From Spirochaetia bacterium (GTDB lineage Bacteria > Spirochaetota > Spirochaetia > UBA9216), in assembly GCA_963677925.2 (NCBI GenBank), contig CAXXYH010000003.1, positions 1,600,001 through 1,664,000 of the forward strand: a stretch of DNA of 64,000 bases, in the 5' to 3' direction. Both the position numbers and the translations under genes were made by a program. A model generated the notes under the pieces. The model was not told the DNA's origin. It did no database searches and was given only the letters and a program-made list of their open reading frames with translations. This document shows, piece after piece, positions 27,919 through 37,973 of this stretch; positions within the stretch are counted from its first letter, which is position 1; every line of letters starts with the position of its first letter.

Positions 27919-29781
27919 TTATGCCAGGCCCTTTCTGATCAGGCATTCATTGGCATAGTAAATTGCTCCAACAGCCTGTGCAAACTGGGCAACCGTATAG
28001 TCCCGGTCCTCCTCAAGCTGTTTCATCAGACTTGTATTTGCCAGAGTTGAGTCTGCTATTTCAAACTCTATTTCAGGAACTACCGTTTTTGCACCCTCCA
28101 GAAGAAGGTCGTAACAGATTTTACGCTTAACAAGACGTCCGAACTGAAATCTTGTTTTTGCGGCCGGGTGCAGAATCCGCTCTGTCTCAAGCCAGGTGAC
28201 TCCAAGCGCAGCACCGATTTCAAGCCATATTTTGCGGTTGGTTTCATCGTTTTCCCTTTCTGCAAGCATCATCATATGCTCAAGAAAGGCTTTTCTCATA
28301 TCTTCAGGCTCGGTGGGAACAATCAGCCGGCTTTCCCCGTTAATCTGAACCTCCTGCACAAAGCCCTTTTCTTCAAGCTCCCTGTAAAGGTCAGGACGTT
28401 CTGCCGGAAAGTATTTTACAGCCAGCCTGAAAACACCGCTCTGACTGGTATATTTCTGAAGCGTCCCTGAAAGCCCTGTGTTGAAATTATTTACACTTCG
28501 CAGATCATCAGGATGATACTGCTGTTCCGGTACACAGCCAAGATCTATTATAAAGTTGTACACCTCAAGCGGTATATCAGGTATTGTACCATCCTCACGG
28601 ACCCAGCCTGTACCAAGCTCTGTCCCAAGAGTATGGGCAAATACCCCCTTTTCAACCATCGGAGCCTTTTCCGAAGCAGCCATTTCAACCGCCGCAGTGA
28701 AGGCCGCCATCGGTCCGTCATTTATCATGCTGACAGCCCCTGGCTTTGAACAGTACTGCTCAAGCCGTACATTAAGATCCGTAAGGCTGGTAAAATCATC
28801 CTCATAATCAATCTCGGGATTATTCCTTATGCCTCTGGTCTTGTAGACCTCCCCGCCTACAACCTTGTCCCTGATTACTACATCAGGAAAGCAGAGTCCT
28901 ATTCCGTCAAAGTTAATAATGTGATCCTTAAGAAAGGCTTCGGCATCATCACAGAAGGCAGCCATTTCAGATTCAGTCGCCTCACGCCTGAGAACTTCGG
29001 AAATTCGAACCTTGAGCTCGACCGGGACTTTATCATGAACATGAGTAAGTATGAAAATATTACGGAGCATTCTTGTAAGCAGGACTACAGGTTCAACAAG
29101 CTGCTTCGACTGTTTAAAAACAGCCGGAAACCAGTCGTATTCCTTGAAAGCAATTACCCGGCCGTCATAGACAACGGCCAGCTTGATATCAGTCCCGCCT
29201 ACATCAATTCCGCAGAGTAGCTTTCCCTCAAGGCCCTCGGCAGCTCGTCTGAATATGACAAGCCCTGATTCTCTGCCGGATTCAGAAGATACAGGTAATG
29301 GATTACCGAGAGCGCTGATATCCGAATAAACAAAACTGAAACGCTCATTATCTGAAGAAAGGGCGGCAAGCATGCGGTCAATTACATTTACGCATCTGCC
29401 GTAACCGGGCCTGTCTTTCCGGCTTAGACTGATACCGAAGGCCTCATCAAGTGAGGAGCACAGAGCGTCAAGGCTGCGGTTTGCCTTGTCATAGAAGATC
29501 TCAAGCATTCTGCCGCCAAGAGACGAAAGGATATTATAGACTTCAGCGTACAGATAACGCCTGCAAAGCTCAAATAGTATCGGCTCTGCACCTTTCGGAT
29601 CGGGGATAACTAAATCAAAGCGTGAGCGGTTTTCACCTTCAAGCGCAGTTAAAAGCATGCTTATATTCACAGTCTGCTTATTGTCCATACCAGTGAAGCA
29701 TTTTCTTACCCTGTTTATATAAACAGAATTACCTGAATCGGCATCCTTTATAAGATCCTTCCAACCCTCTGTTCCGCTCAT
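27919..29781 (-). CDS. Atypical ROK/ASKHA sugar-kinase-like protein with N-terminal extra domain
   Basis: GIDVGGTDIK, GIGLCFP, INDGPMAA, TLGTELGTG, AQAVGA. Confidence 0.65.
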   Translation of the reverse strand: MSGTEGWKDLIKDADSGNSVYINRVRKCFTGMDNKQTVNISMLLTALEGENRSRFDLVIPDPKGAEPILFELCRRYLYAEVYNILSSLGGRMLEIFYDKANRSLDALCSSLDEAFGISLSRKDRPGYGRCVNVIDRMLAALSSDNERFSFVYSDISALGNPLPVSSESGRESGLVIFRRAAEGLEGKLLCGIDVGGTDIKLAVVYDGRVIAFKEYDWFPAVFKQSKQLVEPVVLLTRMLRNIFILTHVHDKVPVELKVRISEVLRREATESEMAAFCDDAEAFLKDHIINFDGIGLCFPDVVIRDKVVGGEVYKTRGIRNNPEIDYEDDFTSLTDLNVRLEQYCSKPGAVSMINDGPMAAFTAAVEMAASEKAPMVEKGVFAHTLGTELGTGWVREDGTIPDIPLEVYNFIIDLGCVPEQQYHPDDLRSVNNFNTGLSGTLQKYTSQSGVFRLAVKYFPAERPDLYRELEEKGFVQEVQINGESRLIVPTEPEDMRKAFLEHMMMLAERENDETNRKIWLEIGAALGVTWLETERILHPAAKTRFQFGRLVKRKICYDLLLEGAKTVVPEIEFEIADSTLANTSLMKQLEEDRDYTVAQFAQAVGAIYYANECLIRKGLA

Positions 29782-29871
29782 ACCTCGCCTCCGGACTGCA
29801 TTTACAACAATTATTTCATTATTTAAACTAATTATCGTTCAGGAAATGCGGGTTGTCGTTAGACGGTTTTG

Positions 29872-30729
29872 TCAGATTTCTTGGATTATTTTGCGGTCGG
29901 CTGTAGGTGAAAGTCCGGTAATCTGCTTGTACAGTCTTGAAAAGTAGTGGTAGTCGTCAATTCCAACACGTTCTGAAGCCTCAAGCAGCGTCATGTCCGG
30001 ATTATTTTTCAACAGGTACCTTGCTCTCAGGATCTTAGCCCTGTTCCAGTAACCCGAAAGAGGCATATCCATCTGCTCTTTAAAAACACGGCTGATATAG
30101 TATGAGGAGTAACCCAGTTCATTTGCTATATCATCGAGGTAAAATTTCTGGTGTATGTTTGAATCGATGTAGGTGGTAATCTTCTGGATAAGAAGCTGCT
30201 TACTGCTGTATTCCCGGGCTATTCCTGCCTTGTCAACCAGACAGTTTCTGTGCAGAAAGATCACAATTGAATGAAACAGACTTTCAATAGCCTTGTTTCT
30301 TGCAGTAAAATTATTCAGAACTTCCTCAATGAGTGCACTGAAGTACTGAGGCAGGTTGAACTGGTCGGTAAAAACGTGCTGAGTAACATGGGACATCTCA
30401 TCATACAGCTTTTTATAAACAGGATCATCAAAGAGACGAAATGCAAGATAATACATCCGGTACGGATCATGGGGATCAGCAACCGAGTGATGAACCTGAT
30501 ACGGCATGGCAAAAAACAAGTCTCCCTGTTTCACTTTATACTCGGTGTCTTCTATGATAAAGCTTCCCTTTCCGGCAGTTATCAGACATATCTCAATATC
30601 CGCACTGTGATGATGAGGCTCCCGATAGTAGTCGGGAGTACAGACCAGATCACCAAGCAGGGTAATTGATGAGATATCATCCTTATAGAGATTCTCTCTG
30701 TGAAATAGATAGTAATGCTGTAGCTTCAT
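29872..30729 (-). CDS. AraC-family regulator
   Basis: HHHSADIEI cupin; YISRVFK, YFSRLYKQITGLSP. Confidence 0.9.
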   Translation of the reverse strand: MKLQHYYLFHRENLYKDDISSITLLGDLVCTPDYYREPHHHSADIEICLITAGKGSFIIEDTEYKVKQGDLFFAMPYQVHHSVADPHDPYRMYYLAFRLFDDPVYKKLYDEMSHVTQHVFTDQFNLPQYFSALIEEVLNNFTARNKAIESLFHSIVIFLHRNCLVDKAGIAREYSSKQLLIQKITTYIDSNIHQKFYLDDIANELGYSSYYISRVFKEQMDMPLSGYWNRAKILRARYLLKNNPDMTLLEASERVGIDDYHYFSRLYKQITGLSPTADRKIIQEI

Positions 30730-30739
30730 ACCTCCTACA

Positions 30740-32011
30740 TCATACCATGTCTACAAAAACAAGAAGTCCTTTTTTCCTGAAATATATCAAAAGTATAAAC
30801 TGGGCAATTAGCAAGGCAGTGCAGACCATAAGAAAAGAAAAAAGCGTCACAGACATGCCCTTCCCATCACTGATTATTCCGCCGAAGAAAGTTCCTACAA
30901 TTATTCCCAGGTTAATCACTCCCTCATGAATAGCCATACTCCTCTCACGGTTGGTGCTTCCAGTTGCTCCGTAAAACTGTCCCAGAGTATAGGAAAAGCT
31001 GAGATTAAATCCCATCATACCGAAGAAAACAAGCAGGGCTGCAGGAGTCCTGGAGACCAGAAGCAGGGCAAGTGTCAGTACAGTGAGTATCTGATTAAAA
31101 AGAATCAGCCGCGGCTTAAAATGCCAGCCCTTCCATTTCCCCCAGAGAATAAAGCCCGCAGTTGAAAAGATCTGTCTGAAAAGCAGAAAAAAACCTATTA
31201 TCCCTTCCCGGTAGCCAAGACTTTCCCTCATATATGCCGGAAAAATAAAAACTATCATACCGGAAATTACATAGGTTGAGAGCACACCAAGCCTGGCAGG
31301 AAACCTGAGCGGAGTCATCTGAGTGGTTCCGATTTCTGGATCTGTATCGGCGGGTTCTTCACCCTCCTCCAGAGCCTTTACTCTTGCTTTTCTGATTTCC
31401 GCCTGCCCCTTTCTCATTTCCGGATAGATACGTGAAAATATAAAAAGAAGCAGTCCTATAAACAGCAGCATAAATATAGTTGAAATAAATGGTAGAACAA
31501 TATTTCGCTCGGTAAGAAACCCGCTTACTGCCGGGGCAATAATTCCCCCAGTAGACCACGAAAAATTATACTGGGACATGGTTTTACTCAGGTTATTACC
31601 CTCAAGACCCCATGAGACCCAGCCTGAAATTCGCGGCCAGAAAAGAGCCATGAAGAGTCCGTACAGACATCCGCAGATAAGGGTGAGACGCCAGTATGGA
31701 AAAATCTGGTAGACAGTTAACAATACAGCCATACCAAGGGCGGAAAAACCGAGAAAATACCTTGGATGCGTATTTTTATTAAGGGAAAAAGCAAGAACTC
31801 CTATTATATAGAAAAGAGTTTGTCCTGAAGTAATCATACCTATCATAGTATGATCAGCATCAAAACGCTGCTTTACGTAAAAAACAATTGCAAAACTAAC
31901 CATTCCGGTTGCCAGGCTGAATAGAAATGTAGCAGCCATTAGTATATTTAAATATGTAGGTCTGTTCATAATATATAATTTGAATCTATATTCAGGAGTA
32001 TTAATAAACAA
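30740..32011 (-). CDS. MFS transporter (start may be ATG 31969)
   Basis: 12 hydrophobic segments in a 6+6 arrangement with a central loop. Confidence 0.82.
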   Translation of the reverse strand: MFINTPEYRFKLYIMNRPTYLNILMAATFLFSLATGMVSFAIVFYVKQRFDADHTMIGMITSGQTLFYIIGVLAFSLNKNTHPRYFLGFSALGMAVLLTVYQIFPYWRLTLICGCLYGLFMALFWPRISGWVSWGLEGNNLSKTMSQYNFSWSTGGIIAPAVSGFLTERNIVLPFISTIFMLLFIGLLLFIFSRIYPEMRKGQAEIRKARVKALEEGEEPADTDPEIGTTQMTPLRFPARLGVLSTYVISGMIVFIFPAYMRESLGYREGIIGFFLLFRQIFSTAGFILWGKWKGWHFKPRLILFNQILTVLTLALLLVSRTPAALLVFFGMMGFNLSFSYTLGQFYGATGSTNRERSMAIHEGVINLGIIVGTFFGGIISDGKGMSVTLFSFLMVCTALLIAQFILLIYFRKKGLLVFVDMV

Positions 32012-32070
32012 TAGCTAATGATGAAAAATTTAATAAAGTTTGATATGATAACTTACCGGAGATATCAGAA

Positions 32071-32373
32071 ATGCCTAAAGCCGAAGTTCAGATTTATCCG
32101 CCTCTTTCCTATCACTTTCAGACAGGAAAACCCGGCCCCTATACTGTAAAAACCAAGTTTAATTCAGGAGACTCAATAGCTGATATTATTACAAGTCTTT
32201 ATAAAGAGACTCCGGAACTTTGGGATAAAATATTCGATCATAACAGGAAAATGATGCGGCATCCGATTAAAACCGAGTATATGGGTGAGGTGATCGGCCC
32301 CTATGCACTGGACAGGACTGAGGTTTCAGATGGTGAGAAGATAATTTTCAAGGTTCTGCTCGGCGGAGGCTGA
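32071..32373 (+). CDS. MoaD/ThiS-like ubiquitin-fold protein
   Basis: 100 aa, beta-grasp-like pattern, DGEKI..LLGGG C-terminus. Confidence 0.7.
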   Translation: MPKAEVQIYPPLSYHFQTGKPGPYTVKTKFNSGDSIADIITSLYKETPELWDKIFDHNRKMMRHPIKTEYMGEVIGPYALDRTEVSDGEKIIFKVLLGGG

Positions 32374-32375
32374 GT

Positions 32376-33098
32376 TCAGATTATCAAGGCATTCAGTGCC
32401 GCAAGGATTTCCTTCTTTTCTCCGCCGGCGGCTGCTGCAGCTTCATCAACGTAGTCACCGACTCCTTCCTTCACATCGCCCTCATACAATACAACATTAT
32501 TAAGGATTGATGCCGCCCGAACCCGGCGGATTGATGCAAGCGTAAAGAGTGCAGAGGTTTCCATGTCCGAGGCCATAACTCCCAGACTGTTCCACCTGCG
32601 CATCAGCTCAGCCTCATGATCTATATAGAAGGAATCATGGCTGCGTGTAATCCCGGTATGATAAGTATAACCGGCATCGGAACAGGCTTTAACAAGAGCC
32701 GATAAAAGTGAGAAGTCAGGAACAGCCGGAAACTCTTTCGGGGCGTACATCACGGAAGCCCCGTCCTCACGTACGGAACCGGTTGAAATAACAAGATCAC
32801 CAAGGGCAATCCCCGGCTGACAGGCTCCGCAGCTGCCTATTCTGATGAAGGACTTTGCCCCGCAGGCTGCAAGCTCTTCAACTGCAATAACTGCCGATGC
32901 CCCGCCTATACCAGTTGAAGTAACTGTCACAGGCGTCCCCCTGTAGCTTCCGGTTACAGTCCTGAACTCCCTGTTGAATGCAATCTCACGGACATTATCA
33001 AGGAACTCTGCTACCCTGAGCACACGGGCAGGATCTCCGGGCAGAAGAACTCTTTCTGCTACATCTTCTGAATTACATAGTATATGCGGCTGTTTCAT
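32376..33098 (-). CDS. udp: Nucleoside (uridine-type) phosphorylase
   Basis: LLPGDPAR, NREF, STGIGG, IRIGSCG, HDSFY, SDMET. Confidence 0.85.
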   Translation of the reverse strand: MKQPHILCNSEDVAERVLLPGDPARVLRVAEFLDNVREIAFNREFRTVTGSYRGTPVTVTSTGIGGASAVIAVEELAACGAKSFIRIGSCGACQPGIALGDLVISTGSVREDGASVMYAPKEFPAVPDFSLLSALVKACSDAGYTYHTGITRSHDSFYIDHEAELMRRWNSLGVMASDMETSALFTLASIRRVRAASILNNVVLYEGDVKEGVGDYVDEAAAAAGGEKKEILAALNALII

Positions 33099-33160
33099 GT
33101 TTCACTCCTGAGCTATATTATCATGTAATTCACAGCGGTTTTACAGATTTTATCGAAATT

Positions 33161-35830
33161 TTATTTTTCACTGCCGGGGTTAAATCGAGCGGTAAAGCTG
33201 TATTCGCCGCTGCCCGTTTCATGGCTGGAACCATCGGGGAGGATTACTGTTGCAGTTGTATTGCAGGGAATCTGGATCGACAACCTGAATTCATTACTCT
33301 CCAGTTCCCAGTCTGAACTTACTCTTCCATATTCAGTCATATAGCTTCTTTTCGCCCATGATAACGGGGAGTACTCAGGATGAGGCTGTATGATTATATG
33401 CCTGAACCCAGGTTCGCTGAAATCAATTCCGTTTATGTTTCGAAAGATCCAGTCGACGACAGAGCCGAATGCATAATGGTTGAAACTTATATTCAGAGGT
33501 TCACCGTCACTATTGAAAGCTTCCCAGCTTTCCCACATCGTTGTTGCCCCATTTTCCACAGCATATAACCATGAAGGCTTTTCGGTCTGGAAGAGCAACT
33601 GATATGCACAGTCATATTTTCCGTTTTTTGATAAGGAGTCAAGAATATACGGGGTACCGAGAAACCCCGTATCCAGACAGTTCCCGTTTTCTTCGATTAA
33701 TGCCAGAAGTCTGTCGACAAACCCGGGCTTAAGATTATCAGCAACGAGATCGAAGTAGAGAGGCAGTACATATGCACCCTGCAGAGCCCGGGCTTTCTCA
33801 GAATATCTTGAAATTACTTCGGACTCTATCGCCCCCCTCATATTTTCCTCAATTGTGCAATAATATCCGTAATCTTCTTCATTTTTTAGAATACGACAGA
33901 TTTCCTTCATCAGGGATATTGAGTACCATCCCATAACCGGTGTTGTATATTCAGCCGAGTCCCTGATCTTTTTAAAGGCATGCAAACCTGCTCCTTCTCT
34001 CGACTGGCTTGGGATGAGCCACTCCCCGTAATGAAACCCGGTATTCCAGAGATACCTGTCCTTTTCCTTATCTATCTCCCGGTTCTTCCCACGTCTTGTT
34101 TCGGCTGTATTGATGACATAATCACACCAGCGCTTCATTGAATCATACTGGCGCCTAAGGATGGGGAGGTTGCCGGTAACCTGATACATAGTCCAGGGTA
34201 CGATAACGGAGGCATCGCCCCACCCCGCAACCCCGACGTCTCCCTTGTTTCCAAACAGCAGGCCCATTACCCTGGTCATCGTCCTAAACATTGATGTAAA
34301 AGGAATAACCATCGGTACAGCCCCGTTTGAATGCTGTTCGCAGGATAGGTTATCAAGCCACCGTGTAAGGAAGGCTGTTACATCTTCATTCAATAAGGCT
34401 GTACGGCAGTAAACTTGGATGTCGCCGGTCCAGCCTGCCTTCTCCCGCTGCGGACAGTCGGTCGGAACAGAAAGCATGTTTGCCGACTGAGACCACCTTG
34501 TGTTCAGGTACAGCCTGTTTAACCGCTCATCCGAGCATGAAAAAGTTCCAAGCTGTTCATTCTCTGAACTCAGGACAACCGCAACAAAATCATCAGGATT
34601 AATCTTTTCAAGACCTGTAACCCTTACATACCTAAAACCGTGGTAAGTAAATAACGGCTCATACTCCGCGGGTTTACCCGCTGAAACAAACTCAACTTTC
34701 TGTGCCACTTTCTTACCAAGATTTGAGTAATAATTGCCCTCTTTATCCGTTATCTCCGAATGTTCAAATGTAACAGTATTCCCCTTAGGAATATCCAGCC
34801 TTACCCTCAGCCTTCCGGCTATATTTTGTCCGAAGTCGATCATCATGTCGCCTTTCGGAGACGTATAAACTGAAACAGGTTTCAGGATTTTTACTGCCTT
34901 TACCGGCCCCCCGATCTGGGCTTTTAGATTACCGAACCCGATGTCAGCCGGCACCGCCGTTTTCCAGCCCGAATCATCAAATCCGGGGGTATCCCAGCAG
35001 CAGGCTTCATAATTGGCATTATACTTTTCACCTGAAAAAAGATCGCTGAACATTACGGGCCCATGCAAGGCTTTTACCCTGCCATCGGAACATATACGGG
35101 CGGTGCTCCCGTCACGATACTCAATTTCAATCTGGAACAAAACAGCATGGGAATTCCTGTATCCCCGGAATTTCGGAGCAACCATCATATTCCCACTATA
35201 CCAGCCGTCGCCGACATGCAAGCCAACAGCATTATCTCCGATCTTTAATAGACCGGTAATATCATAGATCTGATAACACAGATACTTTTCATAGCTGGTA
35301 TGCTCCGGTGCGAATTCTCTACTGTCCGCCCTTCTGCCGTTAACCCTTAACTGATAAATTCCATGGCAGGTTGTATAAATTCTTGCTTCTGAGATCTCCC
35401 GTTCAATCCGGAAGTTTCTGCGGAACAACGTACCGCGCCCCTGCTTTCCAAAACCGAGACTACTTTTCACTTTCCGGAACGGAGATAGAACCCATTCAGC
35501 AGCCCATTCTTTCCTGTTGAGAAAGGCGGTTTCAAACGAAGATGAAGCTACTGCTTCACCTCCGTGATTATCAATGACCGTAACACTCCAGTTGTAGCGG
35601 GTTCGGCTTTTCAATGGCCTGCCCGCATATTCAATGAATGTTGATTCCCGGCTCTCAGTTTTCCCGCTTTCCCAGATAGCCTCACCTTTCGAATCTCTCA
35701 CAACCATTTCCCAGGAGGACTGCATCGTATTTTCAATATCGCTGTTCAGCATCCAGGAAAAAAATGGTTTTTCATCTATTCCAACCGGGGTATCCATATT
35801 CAGAGTTCTTAACCTGTCAAGACTTAACAT
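33161..35830 (-). CDS. Alpha-L-rhamnosidase (GH78)
   Basis: DFGQN, FTYHGFRY, PTDCPQREKAGWTGD, GATTMWESW, SFNHYAFG. Confidence 0.92.
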   Translation of the reverse strand: MLSLDRLRTLNMDTPVGIDEKPFFSWMLNSDIENTMQSSWEMVVRDSKGEAIWESGKTESRESTFIEYAGRPLKSRTRYNWSVTVIDNHGGEAVASSSFETAFLNRKEWAAEWVLSPFRKVKSSLGFGKQGRGTLFRRNFRIEREISEARIYTTCHGIYQLRVNGRRADSREFAPEHTSYEKYLCYQIYDITGLLKIGDNAVGLHVGDGWYSGNMMVAPKFRGYRNSHAVLFQIEIEYRDGSTARICSDGRVKALHGPVMFSDLFSGEKYNANYEACCWDTPGFDDSGWKTAVPADIGFGNLKAQIGGPVKAVKILKPVSVYTSPKGDMMIDFGQNIAGRLRVRLDIPKGNTVTFEHSEITDKEGNYYSNLGKKVAQKVEFVSAGKPAEYEPLFTYHGFRYVRVTGLEKINPDDFVAVVLSSENEQLGTFSCSDERLNRLYLNTRWSQSANMLSVPTDCPQREKAGWTGDIQVYCRTALLNEDVTAFLTRWLDNLSCEQHSNGAVPMVIPFTSMFRTMTRVMGLLFGNKGDVGVAGWGDASVIVPWTMYQVTGNLPILRRQYDSMKRWCDYVINTAETRRGKNREIDKEKDRYLWNTGFHYGEWLIPSQSREGAGLHAFKKIRDSAEYTTPVMGWYSISLMKEICRILKNEEDYGYYCTIEENMRGAIESEVISRYSEKARALQGAYVLPLYFDLVADNLKPGFVDRLLALIEENGNCLDTGFLGTPYILDSLSKNGKYDCAYQLLFQTEKPSWLYAVENGATTMWESWEAFNSDGEPLNISFNHYAFGSVVDWIFRNINGIDFSEPGFRHIIIQPHPEYSPLSWAKRSYMTEYGRVSSDWELESNEFRLSIQIPCNTTATVILPDGSSHETGSGEYSFTARFNPGSEK

Positions 35831-37191
35831 ATACCATCCGAAGCAGCGTTGTGACGTCTGATCAGCTCATCGTTTATCTGAACAAGCTTTTCGCTGGTCA
35901 GATTGTAACCGGAGGCGAATATAAGCCCTCCTGCAAAAACAATAATCGCCGGCAGAATAACACCTGCAATAACGATTCCGGTAATGGTGCTCTGATTCTG
36001 GGCGGAAGCAGATGCTGAGAAACCGGTAGCTGCAAGAATGTAACCCGGAACGGCTCCGCCGATACCCTGGGAAAATTTTGCGGTAAATGAACTCAGAGAT
36101 GCAATTACTGCCTCGGCACGGATATTCTTCGTATACTCTACATAATTAGTATTATCCGCAATCAGCGAATATGTCAGCGGCATGAAAAATCCGATACCGA
36201 ACCCGGAAATTATGGAACCGGTCATTGCAACAGGTATTGAGGTCAATGATATCAGACGTGCAAGAAATCCTATTGTAATTAGAAGGAAACTAATCGTGAA
36301 AAGTCTTTTCTTTCCAAATTTTGCTATCCACAGCTGTGAGGTTCCCATTGCAGGCAGAATTCCAACCATGGATGCGACCATAACCAGTGACATCTTACCA
36401 AGGTCATTAAAGATATAGGTAAAATAGTATGAATTTGAAGCGTTATACATCATCTGTCCTGTTCCACCGATGAATATGGCCAGAAATGTATAAAGAACGG
36501 GTTTTACACTGAAAATCTTAAAAATATCCCTGAATTTATACTTCTCCGAATTGTCTGAGGGAACAGCAATATTTTCCTTCACAAGCAGCGCTCCTGCTAC
36601 AGAGAATGAGATAACGAATACCACGATAACAAAAACCAGGGCATAATAAGCCTTTAGCTCTCCGGTCGAAACAACAATCGGCGCAATAATACTGAAAGCC
36701 ATGGCTCCGAGCATATAGAACAGCCCTTTTAATGTTGATAAGGTATTCCGTTCTTTAAGATCGTCAGTCATTACAGGCAGCAGACTGTTCAGCGATATAT
36801 CCATTACCGGAAAGGTAACCCCAATCAGCAGATATGATATATATGCGATGAACAGTTTTATACCCGGCATCCACACCGGGCCGAACCACAGAAGCAGATA
36901 ATTGAGGCCGCACAGAATAGAACCGATCATAAGGGTTTTCCTGAATTTCCCCATCCTGCCTGCCGGGGTGTGATCGATCAGATACCCTACTATCGGATCA
37001 TTCACGGCATCGATAATCCTCGCAATCAGAAATAATGTTGCAACCTGTACCGGTTTCAAACCTACAACATTTGTATAAAAAAGCATAAGAAAGGAACTGA
37101 CGAATGTGATGATGGGTATGTTACCAAGATTAGCCATTATGTAGCCGATTTTCTCGGAAAATCTCACCTTCCCTGATGTAATACTGAGCAT
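35824..37191 (-). CDS. Glycoside-pentoside-hexuronide (GPH) cation symporter
   Basis: EKIGY, ARIIDAVNDPIVG, GKFR, ADNTNY. Start at 37191 after GGAGGT. Confidence 0.9.
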   Translation of the reverse strand: MLSITSGKVRFSEKIGYIMANLGNIPIITFVSSFLMLFYTNVVGLKPVQVATLFLIARIIDAVNDPIVGYLIDHTPAGRMGKFRKTLMIGSILCGLNYLLLWFGPVWMPGIKLFIAYISYLLIGVTFPVMDISLNSLLPVMTDDLKERNTLSTLKGLFYMLGAMAFSIIAPIVVSTGELKAYYALVFVIVVFVISFSVAGALLVKENIAVPSDNSEKYKFRDIFKIFSVKPVLYTFLAIFIGGTGQMMYNASNSYYFTYIFNDLGKMSLVMVASMVGILPAMGTSQLWIAKFGKKRLFTISFLLITIGFLARLISLTSIPVAMTGSIISGFGIGFFMPLTYSLIADNTNYVEYTKNIRAEAVIASLSSFTAKFSQGIGGAVPGYILAATGFSASASAQNQSTITGIVIAGVILPAIIVFAGGLIFASGYNLTSEKLVQINDELIRRHNAASDGIC

Positions 37192-37224
37192 AAATACCTC
37201 CATAGTATTAATTGAAATTCTAAT

Positions 37225-37247
37225 TTATGGCAAGCGACTTGTCATAA
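37225..37247. promoter_or_regulatory. Candidate TetR operator
   Basis: TTATGGCAAG-CGA-CTTGTCATAA inverted repeat between the divergent TetR and GPH genes. Confidence 0.55.
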
Positions 37248-37342
37248 TAAGCCTTGTTTATACATATGTCAAATTAATTGTATTAATTGCATTCGGACTG
37301 GCATATTGAGTATGAAAGGATTTATGTTTATAGTTCAGGAAG

Positions 37343-37942
37343 ATGGAGATTCGATATTCAAAAGCAGAAAAAACCCGCACCCTGATAATAAATACAGCTA
37401 GAAAACATTTCTGCATAAAAGGTATAGAGCAGGGAAACGTACACGACATAGTGGATAAACTTGATATCTCTCAAAGGACCTTATATCGTTACTTTCCATC
37501 GAAAGACATACTTTTAAAGGAAATATATCTTGCTACAATCAGCAGATTCAACCAGATGTACAAGATCAATATTCTGCTTGAGATGGTCAACAAGCAGAAT
37601 TCTTCACAGATTTTGAAAACATACTACGATGTGATAAGGCATATTGCTAAAACAGAACCGGAACTGCTGCTTTATGATCTGTTATATAACTGCTATGCCC
37701 TTGAACGTCATGAAGATCCGCTAAATTATCCTGAAATAAGAAGTATTCATAATTATGACACTCACATTGACGCTTCAATTTATAAAAATATAACTGTTGA
37801 GTTTATCAGAGTCATATTTTCCGGTATTCAAAAAGATATTCTGCTGGAATTCCAGAAAGAAGTTCCGGATATGAATGAGCTGATTATCAGATGGGACAAA
37901 ATTGCGGCAAATATGATTAATAATCCGTTCCTCGACTCATAA
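37343..37942 (+). CDS. TetR-family regulator
   Basis: TRTLIINTA..F..KG...ISQRTLYRYFPSKD. Confidence 0.9.
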   Translation: MEIRYSKAEKTRTLIINTARKHFCIKGIEQGNVHDIVDKLDISQRTLYRYFPSKDILLKEIYLATISRFNQMYKINILLEMVNKQNSSQILKTYYDVIRHIAKTEPELLLYDLLYNCYALERHEDPLNYPEIRSIHNYDTHIDASIYKNITVEFIRVIFSGIQKDILLEFQKEVPDMNELIIRWDKIAANMINNPFLDS

Positions 37943-37973
37943 TCACTTAAAAAGAAAGCATTAGATAGAAATC

